A stretch of 64,000 nucleotides of DNA from Candidatus Methanomethylophilaceae archaeon (GTDB lineage: Archaea > Thermoplasmatota > Thermoplasmata > Methanomassiliicoccales > Methanomethylophilaceae): assembly GCA_963643255.1 (NCBI GenBank), contig CAVIIW010000008.1, positions 8,553-72,552 on the forward strand. Reading direction: 5' to 3'. Shown one piece after another: positions 1-9,300 of the stretch. Every line of letters begins with the position of its first letter. The stretch's first letter is position 1. The translations under genes and the position numbers were made by a program. The notes below the pieces were generated by a model. The model had not been told where the DNA came from and ran no database searches. It saw nothing but the letters and a program-made list of their open reading frames with translations.

Positions 1-728
1 GGAAGAAGCCTGAGCTCCTGAACACCTTTGATTTCAATACGTGCTCCGCCGGGAATCGAGATGTTCAGATCTTCTCTGATTGTACCGATTCCTCTCTTGA
101 CTCTCTTCGTAGCTCTGAGAAGAGTACCGATTCTCAATGCGACTTCCATACACTCTTCGGGAGTGCGGATATCCGGCCCTGTCGCAACCTCAATCAGAGG
201 AATACCCAGTCTGTCCAAACGGTATGTAATCTCGGCATCCGTTGTTTCAACCTTACGGCAGGCATCTTCTTCAAGACAGACAGAAAGAATCGAAATTTTC
301 TTTCCGTTGACATCAATCGAACCGTCTGTTGCAACCAACGCAGTCCTCTGGAATCCCGATGTGTTGGAACCGTCGACGACAATCTTCCTCATGAAGTGAA
401 CTTCGTCTACAGCACGTGCACCCATCATTTCCGAGAAAATCAGAGTGGTTTCCATTGCATCCCTGTTGATTCCGTGGGGAGGTTCTTCATCCAATTCCAC
501 AAGACATGACGCTCCTTCCGCGGACTGATACCTGTATCCGAGGTTCCTCTGGAACTGTACCAATGCGGCCCTGTCGATTTCTCCCGTTTCCGAGGTTGTA
601 GGTCTGAGTCTTCTGTAAACAGAACCGTGCCCTTCTTCACAGAGGTGTGATTCGCAGTCGCAGAAGAGTTTCTTTGTATCCAACTGCTGGTGGATTTCGA
701 TTCCGCAGATCATTTCGGGTTCTGCCAT
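1..728 (-). CDS. gatE: Glu-tRNA(Gln) amidotransferase subunit E, N-terminal part (runs off the window edge)
   Basis: It is absent from the ORF track because it has no stop inside the window. My minus-strand translation from the ATG at 726-728 gives MAEPEMICGIEIHQQLDTKKLFCDC...LDEEPPHGIN...VDGSNTSGFQRTALV...GIPLIEVATGPDI, a GatE-type N-terminus. The ATG overlaps the gatD stop (ATGA). Confidence 0.9.
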   Translation of the reverse strand, partial: MAEPEMICGIEIHQQLDTKKLFCDCESHLCEEGHGSVYRRLRPTTSETGEIDRAALVQFQRNLGYRYQSAEGASCLVELDEEPPHGINRDAMETTLIFSEMMGARAVDEVHFMRKIVVDGSNTSGFQRTALVATDGSIDVNGKKISILSVCLEEDACRKVETTDAEITYRLDRLGIPLIEVATGPDIRTPEECMEVALRIGTLLRATKRVKRGIGTIREDLNISIPGGARIEIKGVQELRLL

Positions 729-2017
729 CAGAACACCCTCCTTTCGCTCATCTCTCCGACGAGAGGAGTTCTCATAATCTCCTTCACTTCGGATTTATCG
801 TAATTAGCCAACGCCCATGATAATTTTACATAGGCTGTCTCGGGGAGCATATCGAACACGGAAATAACTCCCGCCGTAATCAGATCACGGCCTGTGTTGT
901 AGACGTTCATGTTAGTCTGACCGTTGATACACTGAGAAGTCATCACAACGACGGTTCCCTTCTTCACGGCTTTCTCAATCATCGGGATCATGTTTTCATT
1001 CACATGACCCAATCCGGAACCTGCGATGACCACTCCGTCGCTCTTCATGAAAATATCCTCGAAGAGTGCGGGATCCATTCCGGGATAGTACTGTAACAGT
1101 ACGGTCTTCTGATCCATATCCGCTTTCACGGATGCTTTTCCGTTGCCGACGGAAGGAAGATCCATGTTCAGCGTAATCTTCCAGTCTTTGTCGATGTTTG
1201 CTGCGGGCATTACGTTGATACTCTTGAAGGCATCACGCTTGGAAGTATGCATCTTTCTTACTCTGGATCCGATGTGAACAGCGAACGAATCGTCTCCGGA
1301 AGTGTCATGCATTACCACATAAACACCTGCTTTCTTTGCTTTTGTACAGAACTGTGCGCATGCCATAAGATTCGTGGATGCATCGGATGAAGGTCTGTCC
1401 GAAGACCTCTGTGCTCCCACCAAAATAACAGGCTTGGGAACATCTCCCAACATAAACGACAACGCAGCCGCGGTGTAACCCATGGTATCCGTACCGTGGG
1501 GGATGATAACTCCGTCTGCACCGTTGTTTATCTCTTCGGCAACGGCTTTTGCCAATTCCTGCCAGTGACAGATATCCATGTTCTCCGAGAATATCGAGAA
1601 CAGTACCTTCGCACGAACGTTCGCAATCTCTCTGATTTCGGGTACTGCGTTGACCATGTCCGATGTGGATAATGCGGGATGTACCGCACCCGTTCTGTAG
1701 TCGACATACGAAGCAATCGTACCGCCGGTACCGATGAGAACCAAGGTCGGAAGATCTTTTCTTTCCTCGACAACTGTTTCCTTTCTTTCCCTTACGACGG
1801 GCTTGTCGAGAATTTCGATACGTGTTTCGGGTGTAATTCTCACGCCTACGTTGTATCCGCTCTTCATCTTCAACACAATAATATCCGAAGCGCTGAACTC
1901 GTGGTGGGGCATCAGTACTCCGACGTACGTCTTACCGTCGGTCTCGACGGATATCCTGTAACCCTCGGAAATTCCAAGGGATTCAAGTCTCTCGGTTAAC
2001 TCGGCTGAATATGTCAT
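728..2017 (-). CDS. gatD: Glu-tRNA(Gln) amidotransferase subunit D (asparaginase-like)
   Basis: 429-aa ORF with asparaginase-type motifs (GTGGTIAS, HGTDTM) and the GatD N-terminal extension. It lies directly upstream of gatE and is translationally coupled to it. Confidence 0.93.
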   Translation of the reverse strand: MTYSAELTERLESLGISEGYRISVETDGKTYVGVLMPHHEFSASDIIVLKMKSGYNVGVRITPETRIEILDKPVVRERKETVVEERKDLPTLVLIGTGGTIASYVDYRTGAVHPALSTSDMVNAVPEIREIANVRAKVLFSIFSENMDICHWQELAKAVAEEINNGADGVIIPHGTDTMGYTAAALSFMLGDVPKPVILVGAQRSSDRPSSDASTNLMACAQFCTKAKKAGVYVVMHDTSGDDSFAVHIGSRVRKMHTSKRDAFKSINVMPAANIDKDWKITLNMDLPSVGNGKASVKADMDQKTVLLQYYPGMDPALFEDIFMKSDGVVIAGSGLGHVNENMIPMIEKAVKKGTVVVMTSQCINGQTNMNVYNTGRDLITAGVISVFDMLPETAYVKLSWALANYDKSEVKEIMRTPLVGEMSERRVF

Positions 2018-2153
2018 GCTGTTCGGATGACTGTATCTTCTCCTTGTTTATAAGGAAGATTACATACACTTACATGATGAAAACTGGCACATCCTTACAT
2101 ACGGATTCGGAACGAACGTTCATATTATAACCGCCCTCGCCATTCGGAAAAAC

Positions 2154-2807
2154 ATGCATATGATCACCGACGTCGGAATGGAATTCGATGTCCTCAAAGA
2201 GAACAGCAGGATAGCTCATGAGAACTATCACATGCTTAAGGAACATGACATACTGTCGGTGGACTTCATGGGGTCCATCGGTGCCGGGAAGACGGCGATG
2301 ATAATCAAACTGGCGGAAAAGCTCAGGGCGAAAGGTCTCAGAGTCGGTGCAATCGCAGGAGATGTGACAGGTGCGGATGATTTCACAAGAATGGAAGTCT
2401 CCGGAATCAAAACCGTCAACTGCAACACGGGAAAAGACTGTCACCTCACCGCGAATATGATTCACAAGAGATTACACACAATGAATCTCGATGAAATCGA
2501 TGTGCTGTTCATAGAAAATGTCGGAAATCTCGTATGTCCTGCGGATTTCCCGTTGGGAACGGATTACAGGATTGTTGTCATCTCCACGACCGAAGGCGAT
2601 GACATGGTGAGAAAACACCCCGATATTTTCATTCACTCCGATATTGCAATTCTCAACAAGATCGATATCGCGGATGCAGTGGATGTAAATCCCGACGTAA
2701 TCGTGAAAGATTATGAAAAACTCACAGGCGGAAACAAACAAATGTTCAAAGCAAGTGTGAAGAAGGATATCGGATTGGATGAAATCCTGAAAGCCATGGA
2801 GCTGTGA
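2154..2807 (+). CDS. hypB: Hydrogenase/urease nickel-incorporation GTPase HypB
   Basis: P-loop GSIGAGKT and the G3E-family motif ENVGNLVCPADF, with a length of about 217 aa. The start is ambiguous among the nearby Met codons at 2154, 2160 and 2178. Confidence 0.85.
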   Translation: MHMITDVGMEFDVLKENSRIAHENYHMLKEHDILSVDFMGSIGAGKTAMIIKLAEKLRAKGLRVGAIAGDVTGADDFTRMEVSGIKTVNCNTGKDCHLTANMIHKRLHTMNLDEIDVLFIENVGNLVCPADFPLGTDYRIVVISTTEGDDMVRKHPDIFIHSDIAILNKIDIADAVDVNPDVIVKDYEKLTGGNKQMFKASVKKDIGLDEILKAMEL

Positions 2808-2812
2808 TTATT

Positions 2813-4132
2813 ATGAAGATTCTCACAATCGGAGGCGGAGGAAGAGAACACGCCGCAGTCGAAGCACTGTACAGATCAGGCGCGGAAATCTATGCGGTAA
2901 TGAAAAACGCAAATCCCGGAATCATTGCAAGATCAAAGAAACATCTCCTGTGCGATGAGAAAGATACCGCAAAAGTATGCGCGTTCGCAAAAGAAAATGA
3001 TGTAAAACTCGCATTCGTCGGTCCCGAAGCTCCGTTGGAAATCGGAATCGTAGATGCTCTTGAGAAGGAAGGTGTGTTATGTGCGTCTCCTACCGCTGCG
3101 GCGGCAAGAATCGAAACTTCGAAATCGTTCATGAGGGATCTTGTCAACAGACATAAAATCAAAGGAAATCTTGCGTACGCTTCATTTGATAATGCAAAAG
3201 ATGCCGAGAGGTACATCAAAAGCATTGATCACGAGATTGTCGTGAAACCCGTCGGACTTACAGGCGGAAAAGGTGTAAAAGTACAGGGAGAGCACCTGCA
3301 TTCATTCGAAGACATAATGGAATACATCAACGAAATCTTCGATATGAACATCGGCGGAGCCGGTGTAATCATTGAAGAGAAGGCCGTAGGAGAAGAATTC
3401 ACTCAGATGGTCTTCTGCGACGGAAAGAACATCAAACCCATGCCTTTGGTACAGGATCACAAGAGAGCATACGAAGGAGATGTCGGTCCGAACACAGGCG
3501 GAATGGGTTCGTACACAGATTCCAATCACCTTTTACCGTTCATTACCGAATCCGAAAGGAAAGAAGCGATGAAGATTATTCAGGACATCGTAGATGCAAT
3601 GGCCGAGGAAGGCTGTCCCTACCGCGGTCCGATGTACGGTCAGTTTATGCTTACGGTAGACGGTCCGAAGATTATCGAAATCAACGCAAGATTCGGAGAT
3701 CCCGAAGCGATGAACGTTCTGACACTTCTGAAGAGTGATTTCGTTGACATCTGTTACAGAATGGCAACGGGAACACTCACGAACGACGTTGAATTCTACG
3801 ACATGGCAACAGTCTGCAAATATGTCGTACCGGAAGGATACGGTGTGAAATCCGTATCTGGAAAAGAAATCACCGTAGATGTTGACAGTATCGAAAGATG
3901 CGGCGCGAAAGTCTACTTCGCAAATGTAGACCAAAAAGACGGAAAACTCCTCACGGGAACTTCAAGATCCGTAGGAGTCGTCGGATTGGCACCTACAATG
4001 GAAGAAGCGGAAAGAAACTGTGAAAACGCATTGAAATATGTGAAATGCGACCACATCTTCGTACGCCACGACATCGGAACGAAAGCATTGGTCCAGAAGA
4101 GAGTGGACCACATGAAACAGCTCCGTTCATGA
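2813..4132 (+). CDS. purD: Phosphoribosylamine-glycine ligase
   Basis: MKILTIGGGGREHA N-terminus, an ATP-grasp body, and GDPE plus a PurD C-domain. I prefer the ATG at 2813; the track ORF starts at the GTG at 2804, which overlaps the hypB stop. Confidence 0.93.
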   Translation: MKILTIGGGGREHAAVEALYRSGAEIYAVMKNANPGIIARSKKHLLCDEKDTAKVCAFAKENDVKLAFVGPEAPLEIGIVDALEKEGVLCASPTAAAARIETSKSFMRDLVNRHKIKGNLAYASFDNAKDAERYIKSIDHEIVVKPVGLTGGKGVKVQGEHLHSFEDIMEYINEIFDMNIGGAGVIIEEKAVGEEFTQMVFCDGKNIKPMPLVQDHKRAYEGDVGPNTGGMGSYTDSNHLLPFITESERKEAMKIIQDIVDAMAEEGCPYRGPMYGQFMLTVDGPKIIEINARFGDPEAMNVLTLLKSDFVDICYRMATGTLTNDVEFYDMATVCKYVVPEGYGVKSVSGKEITVDVDSIERCGAKVYFANVDQKDGKLLTGTSRSVGVVGLAPTMEEAERNCENALKYVKCDHIFVRHDIGTKALVQKRVDHMKQLRS

Positions 4133-4914
4133 GAAGAGTTGCGATAAGAATCGCCTACATGGGCGGAGGATTCTGCGGTTCGCAGTATCAACCCGGTCTG
4201 AGGACGGTTGTAGGGGACATTTTGGATGACCTTATGACCGTCCATCCCGGGAAGGATGCGGATTGGTTTGATATCAAACCTTCAAGCAGAACGGATGCAG
4301 GCGTGAATGCATTAGGCAATGTTATCGCTGTGAATACGGAATTTGAAGACGGAATTATTCTTCTGAGAGCATTGAATTCCGTATCCGAAGATATCTACTA
4401 CCGTGAAATTGCTTATGTGAACGAAGATTTCAATCCCCGTTTTGCCGATAAAAGATCATACAGATACATTCTGCCTGCGGAAGGATTGGATGTAAATCTT
4501 GCAAAGAAATGTGCGGAATTATTTGTCGGGGAGCACGATTTCATCAGATTCTGTAAAATCTACGAAGACAAACCCACGGTAACGGCAATAGATTCCATCG
4601 ATGTGAAAGAACATGACGGAATCATCGAACTTACGTTCAATTCGAGATATTTCCTCTGGAACATGATAAGAAAAATCTCCGCTGCGATTGATTCCGTTGC
4701 GAGAGGGAAACGTACCTTGGACGATGTACACAGGGCGTTGGATAATCTGGAAGAAATACAGTTCGGTATCGCAAGACCCGACGCACTCACATTGTTGGAT
4801 GTTGAATACAAAGATCTGAAATTCATTTCTCCCGAAGAAGATGCATACAGACTCCGTGTAAACGATAAACTCTTTTCCAACGCTCTCAAAAAAGATTTTC
4901 TGTCATCCCTGTGA
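4129..4914 (+). CDS. truA: tRNA pseudouridine synthase A
   Basis: The internal Met MRRVAIRIAYMGGGFCGSQYQPG... matches a TruA N-terminus, and the catalytic region RTDAGVNA is present. The ATG at 4129 overlaps the purD stop (ATGA). Confidence 0.88.
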   Translation: MRRVAIRIAYMGGGFCGSQYQPGLRTVVGDILDDLMTVHPGKDADWFDIKPSSRTDAGVNALGNVIAVNTEFEDGIILLRALNSVSEDIYYREIAYVNEDFNPRFADKRSYRYILPAEGLDVNLAKKCAELFVGEHDFIRFCKIYEDKPTVTAIDSIDVKEHDGIIELTFNSRYFLWNMIRKISAAIDSVARGKRTLDDVHRALDNLEEIQFGIARPDALTLLDVEYKDLKFISPEEDAYRLRVNDKLFSNALKKDFLSSL

Positions 4915-4953
4915 ATGACGATATTTATCAGTCTGTCCGTAAATATACGGAAT

Positions 4954-5553
4954 ATGAAGAAACTGTCCGAGAACATCGATGCCGTAAACAAAAGGATGTC
5001 GGCAATAGAGGCAAAACGTGAGTCTGCGCTTGCGATGTCACGCATAATCATCAGAAAAACGAAGAATATGATTCACGCCATCCATACGGACGAAGAATTC
5101 ATGTCGATTCAGGGTGAATTGAAAGCGCTCATACGTGACATGATAACCAAACTCAAAGACGAACCGTCCGTTCTGTATTCCGCAGCGGTGGAAGATGCCT
5201 GTATGGAGTATTCCGAAGCACTGATTCTTTCTTCGATTGTCAGAAAGAAAGACATTCCTTCGTTCACTGCGTTGAAAATTTCTCCACAGTCGTGGATGAT
5301 GGGGCTTGCGGATGTTATCGGGGAACTGAGAAGACTTGTTCTTACGGCCCTGATGAACGGAGATATGGACAAAGCAACGTATTACTTCGAATCAATGGAA
5401 GAAGTGGGAAACGAAGTAATGGGCTTCGACATTCCGGATGCGATTGTTCCCATCAGAAGAAAACAGGACATTGCAAGAGGAGTTCTCGAACGCACACGTT
5501 CCGATATGGCCAATGCCAAAATCATGTCTTCTCTGGAACGTCTCAAAGAATGA
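4954..5553 (+). CDS. Translin-family protein (archaeal)
   Basis: All-helical protein of about 200 aa with the translin-like core ...MEYSEAL...GLADVIGELRR...RRKQD. The start is taken at MKKLSENI; the ORF opens at 4915. Confidence 0.6.
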   Translation: MKKLSENIDAVNKRMSAIEAKRESALAMSRIIIRKTKNMIHAIHTDEEFMSIQGELKALIRDMITKLKDEPSVLYSAAVEDACMEYSEALILSSIVRKKDIPSFTALKISPQSWMMGLADVIGELRRLVLTALMNGDMDKATYYFESMEEVGNEVMGFDIPDAIVPIRRKQDIARGVLERTRSDMANAKIMSSLERLKE

Positions 5554-5576
5554 AAATTTTTTAAAATAAATTTATG

Positions 5577-5595
5577 ACAGGGGCAAAACCCCTGT
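5577..5595. terminator. Hairpin between convergent genes (candidate bidirectional terminator)
   Basis: acagggg-caaaa-cccctgt forms a 7-bp stem and is preceded by a T/A-rich run (aaaattttttaaaataaattt). It sits between the translin-like stop (5553) and the stop of the minus-strand gene at 5608. Confidence 0.4.
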
Positions 5596-5607
5596 CGTTA
5601 AAGTTTA

Positions 5608-6336
5608 TCAGCGCCTGGCTTTGGGCTTACCTGTGTTGACTACAGGCTTGCGGGCGATCCAGATTACGACTGCGAGCATTATGATTACGACAATCGCGAG
5701 GAATACCGTAATGGCTGTGTAGTCGTTATCGGAGCTGTACACTGTCTTCCACGAATCGAGACCGGAAACGGCTCCTTTGCTTGTGTCACCCGCTGTGACA
5801 CAAAACTCGATATCGGAAACGTCTTTGACAACGTATTCGCAGGTGACATCTTTGGATTTGCCTGCTTCGACATCGATGAGCTGTTCGCTTCCGTCAACCT
5901 TTGTTGCGGCACCGTCCTTCTTCACAAGGAAGTGAACGTACATGCTGACAGTTGTGTCTCCGTCATTCTTGACGGTAGCCTTCAGTGTAATAGCTTTGAC
6001 AGCTTTGATTGATACCGAATCGCTCCACTTCTTCTCATCGTCGAGGATGTAGTCGATGTAGTAGGTGTAACTTCCCTCATCGCTGGGGAGAGTGATCTCC
6101 TTCTCAGCGGTGAATGCTTCATCAAGGACACCTGTCACCTTATCCTTTACAGTCTCGCCGTCCATCCAGTAGATTTCGTAGCTGTATGCTTTATCACCGA
6201 CGAGATTGAATGTGATATCGGTACTGACCTTTCCGTAATCGGCGCTGATCTTGACGGAGTTTGTTGTCGCTGCGTCGGAGTCCTCTCCGACGAAACAGCA
6301 ACAGACTGCCGCAACAGCGACGATCATCGCAACCAT
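5608..6336 (-). CDS. Secreted, C-terminally membrane-anchored beta-rich protein
   Basis: From the Met at 6336 the protein has an N-terminal hydrophobic signal/anchor (MVAMIVAVAAVCCCF) and a beta-strand-like body. It ends in a TM segment plus basic tail (ITVFLAIVVIIMLAVVIWIARKP...KARR). It lies 11 nt downstream of the giant gene, and the longer ORF start at 6435 would overlap that gene. Confidence 0.6.
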   Translation of the reverse strand: MVAMIVAVAAVCCCFVGEDSDAATTNSVKISADYGKVSTDITFNLVGDKAYSYEIYWMDGETVKDKVTGVLDEAFTAEKEITLPSDEGSYTYYIDYILDDEKKWSDSVSIKAVKAITLKATVKNDGDTTVSMYVHFLVKKDGAATKVDGSEQLIDVEAGKSKDVTCEYVVKDVSDIEFCVTAGDTSKGAVSGLDSWKTVYSSDNDYTAITVFLAIVVIIMLAVVIWIARKPVVNTGKPKARR

Positions 6337-6347
6337 TGTGAATGCGC

Positions 6348-9300
6348 TTACTTTCTGCGTGTGAACACCCCCCTTCTGATTCCGAGCCAAATGATGAGGA
6401 TGAGCATCACCAGAATGGCTGCTATGAGTACCCAAACGTATGAAGGCATGGGCGACTTCTCGTTGATGATACCTCTTCCCTCAGCGTAAAGCGATACCGA
6501 GGCGAACGAATCGGTGTGACTCGAGACAACTGTGACCTTCGAACCGTCTACCGAGATGTCTTTGCCGTCTGCCGTGATTGTAAGGGCGGCATCGTCGAAG
6601 ACAATCTGAGTGTTGATCTTCATATCTGCGATCTCCGAAGACTCACCGTTGATCAGTGTGAACTTGACGTACACAGTGAGTGTGGAGTAACCGTCGACTG
6701 TCATCGGTACGTCAACCGCAGCACCTGCGCCGTCCGTTGCAACTACAACCTTGTTTCCGTAGAGGTAGGTGACAACATACTTGTCCTCGTCGACTGTATC
6801 GAGCAGCTTGATCTTGAATGACTTCCTGTAGTTGTCATCGTTGACCACGTTGATTGCATACATGTACTCGGCTTCGTTGGTCCTGTCGCTTCCGTGTGCA
6901 ACCTTCGTAGTACCCTCGGCAGGCGTGGTCTTCTTCCATCCTGTCTCATCTTCGAAGACGCCTGTGCAGACTTCTTCTCCGCTGAGATCCGAAAGGATGA
7001 CCGAGAGATTCTCGGAACATGATGCAACACTGCCGACCTTAATCATTCCCTCACCGTAGATTGTAGCCGTTCCGTTGACGGATGTAATCTGCTTTGTGAG
7101 TCCTTCGTCGGAGTAGAAGGTTACGTCGAACCAGTCGGAACCTCCGCTGAGAAGATATGTAACTGCATCCGTGTAACTGATTTCCGCCTTGAATTTGATC
7201 TTGACTCTCTGCTTGTCGGTAACATCGCCCATTTCTGTCAGTGTGAGCTTGGCCGTAACATCCTTTGTTTCGGCTTTCAGATCTCCGCCGAGAACTGCTA
7301 TGTTGTAGGTGTTGTCGCCTGCTGTGAGTGTCACTCCCGAAAGGGTACAGCTGTAGACATGATCGTCATCGTCTGTAACATTGACTTCAACAGCGTATTT
7401 TCCGTCATCCGTTGCGGGAATGACAACGTCATACCTTCCGGACTCGACTTCGAACTCGAGTTTCTTGTCGCTGTTGAACTTGATTGTTCCGTCTCCGTCG
7501 ATACCGACGTATCCCTTTACATTCACTGCATCGGAAAGCTCTACGGGGATTCCTTCCGCAGAATATGTTGCGGTACCCTCGATGCTGTAGTATGCAATCT
7601 TCTCCTTGTCGGCGTCTGTTATCTTGACAAGGAAGTTCTTGCCTTTCTCGAAGTAATACTCGGCTTTGTTATCCGCCTGTGACTCCTTGTGGTACTTGCC
7701 TTCGTCTTCCGCTGTGACGGTGATTGTGCAGTCCGAAGAAACGCTGCTGAATACAACCTTGACGTATTCAACGGCATCCACATTCAGATCGTACTTAAAG
7801 TCAGCAGTCATCTGAGTGGGGAGGATGTACACATTTCCGCTGTAGTAGTATCCTGTACTGTAAGCGGAAGATACAGAGTATGATGTGGGCTTGTAATCAA
7901 ATTCAAGCTCTGCGCCTTTCTCGATTTCTTTACCTTCGACAGTAATCTTGAACTCGTTGACGTTCTTAATCGTGATCTTCTCGACACTTGCCGTAAAGTC
8001 TCCCGATTCGTTTTCACCCAACGATTTCTCATAAGCCTTGGCGTCATCAACTGTGTAGTAGAACGGTCCGCCCGCATTGAGTACGGATGTTACCTTGTAT
8101 TTCGCATCCGAGGGAACTACAAGACTGTATTTTCCTTCTGCATCGGTTGCGAGTGTGTATGTTGCGGTATTCTCGCCGACTGTAACATCGACTTTCACTG
8201 TTGCGTATTTGAGTGTGTAGCTTGAAGAGTACCAGTACACATTACCCGATACAGTCGTACCGTCTGCGACAACGATATCCTTCGTATCCGAAGCAGATAC
8301 AGTGATAGTTTCCATTGCGACCTTAGTTGAGCTTACTGCGTATGCAGTGTAGCTGCCTGCGGGGAGAACTGCAGTGTAACCGTTGTCTGAGTCTGCATAG
8401 ACTGAAACGATTTCACCCGAATCTTTGATGAATGTTATCTTACCGGCAACCGCACTGTCTCCGGACTTGAGCTTACCTGTGATGACATATCCGGTTTCCG
8501 CAGTAAGTGTAACATCCGCACTTCCGTCAGTGGTTGCCCAAGAAACGGTTGCACCCTCTCCGATCTTGTCGACGGAGTAGATGGTGTACGTTGCACTGCC
8601 CGTGAGTCCTTCGGGGATCTTTGCGACTGAGTTCTCAACGGCTCCGGTGTAAGACATACCGTAGATTGTTCCGGATGTTGCGCCTGTAACATTGACCTTC
8701 TTTGCGGATATGACAGAGAATGAACCGGATTTGGCTGTACTCTTTGAAACTTCAAGAGTGCTGCTGTCGTTTGTTATGTATGCGTCGGAGAACACGGCGT
8801 ATGTGTATGTTCCTGCGGATGCGTAGAACGTTGCGACACCTTTCGAATCCGTGGTTCCCTTGAACACTGTCGTACCGGATTTGATACCGACTTCGACATC
8901 CTTGATCAGGTTGCCTGCTTCATCCTTGACTGTAAGTGTAATCTCGGATTCGTCAAGACTGATCGAGAGTCCGCTGTTGACTCCGATTGCAGTCAGATAT
9001 GTGTTTGTGGCATATGTGATCTTGCCGTCAAGCGATTTGACGGTAATATCGTATGTATCGGGAACGATGTTGGTGAACTCAAACGCAGTTCCCGTTACGG
9101 ATTTGTTGTAGAGTTTTCCGCTTGCCTGACCGATCATTTCGATGAGATACTCATCGATGCTGACCTTGTCTGTGACAATCTTTCCGGAAAGCGATGTTTC
9201 GGTTGATACTGTTACATTGCACTCCTTGGTCCCCGCCATCGTCGTGTCATATTCCTGAGACCATACCTGAGTACCGCCCGTGACACTTGACGTTCCCGTG

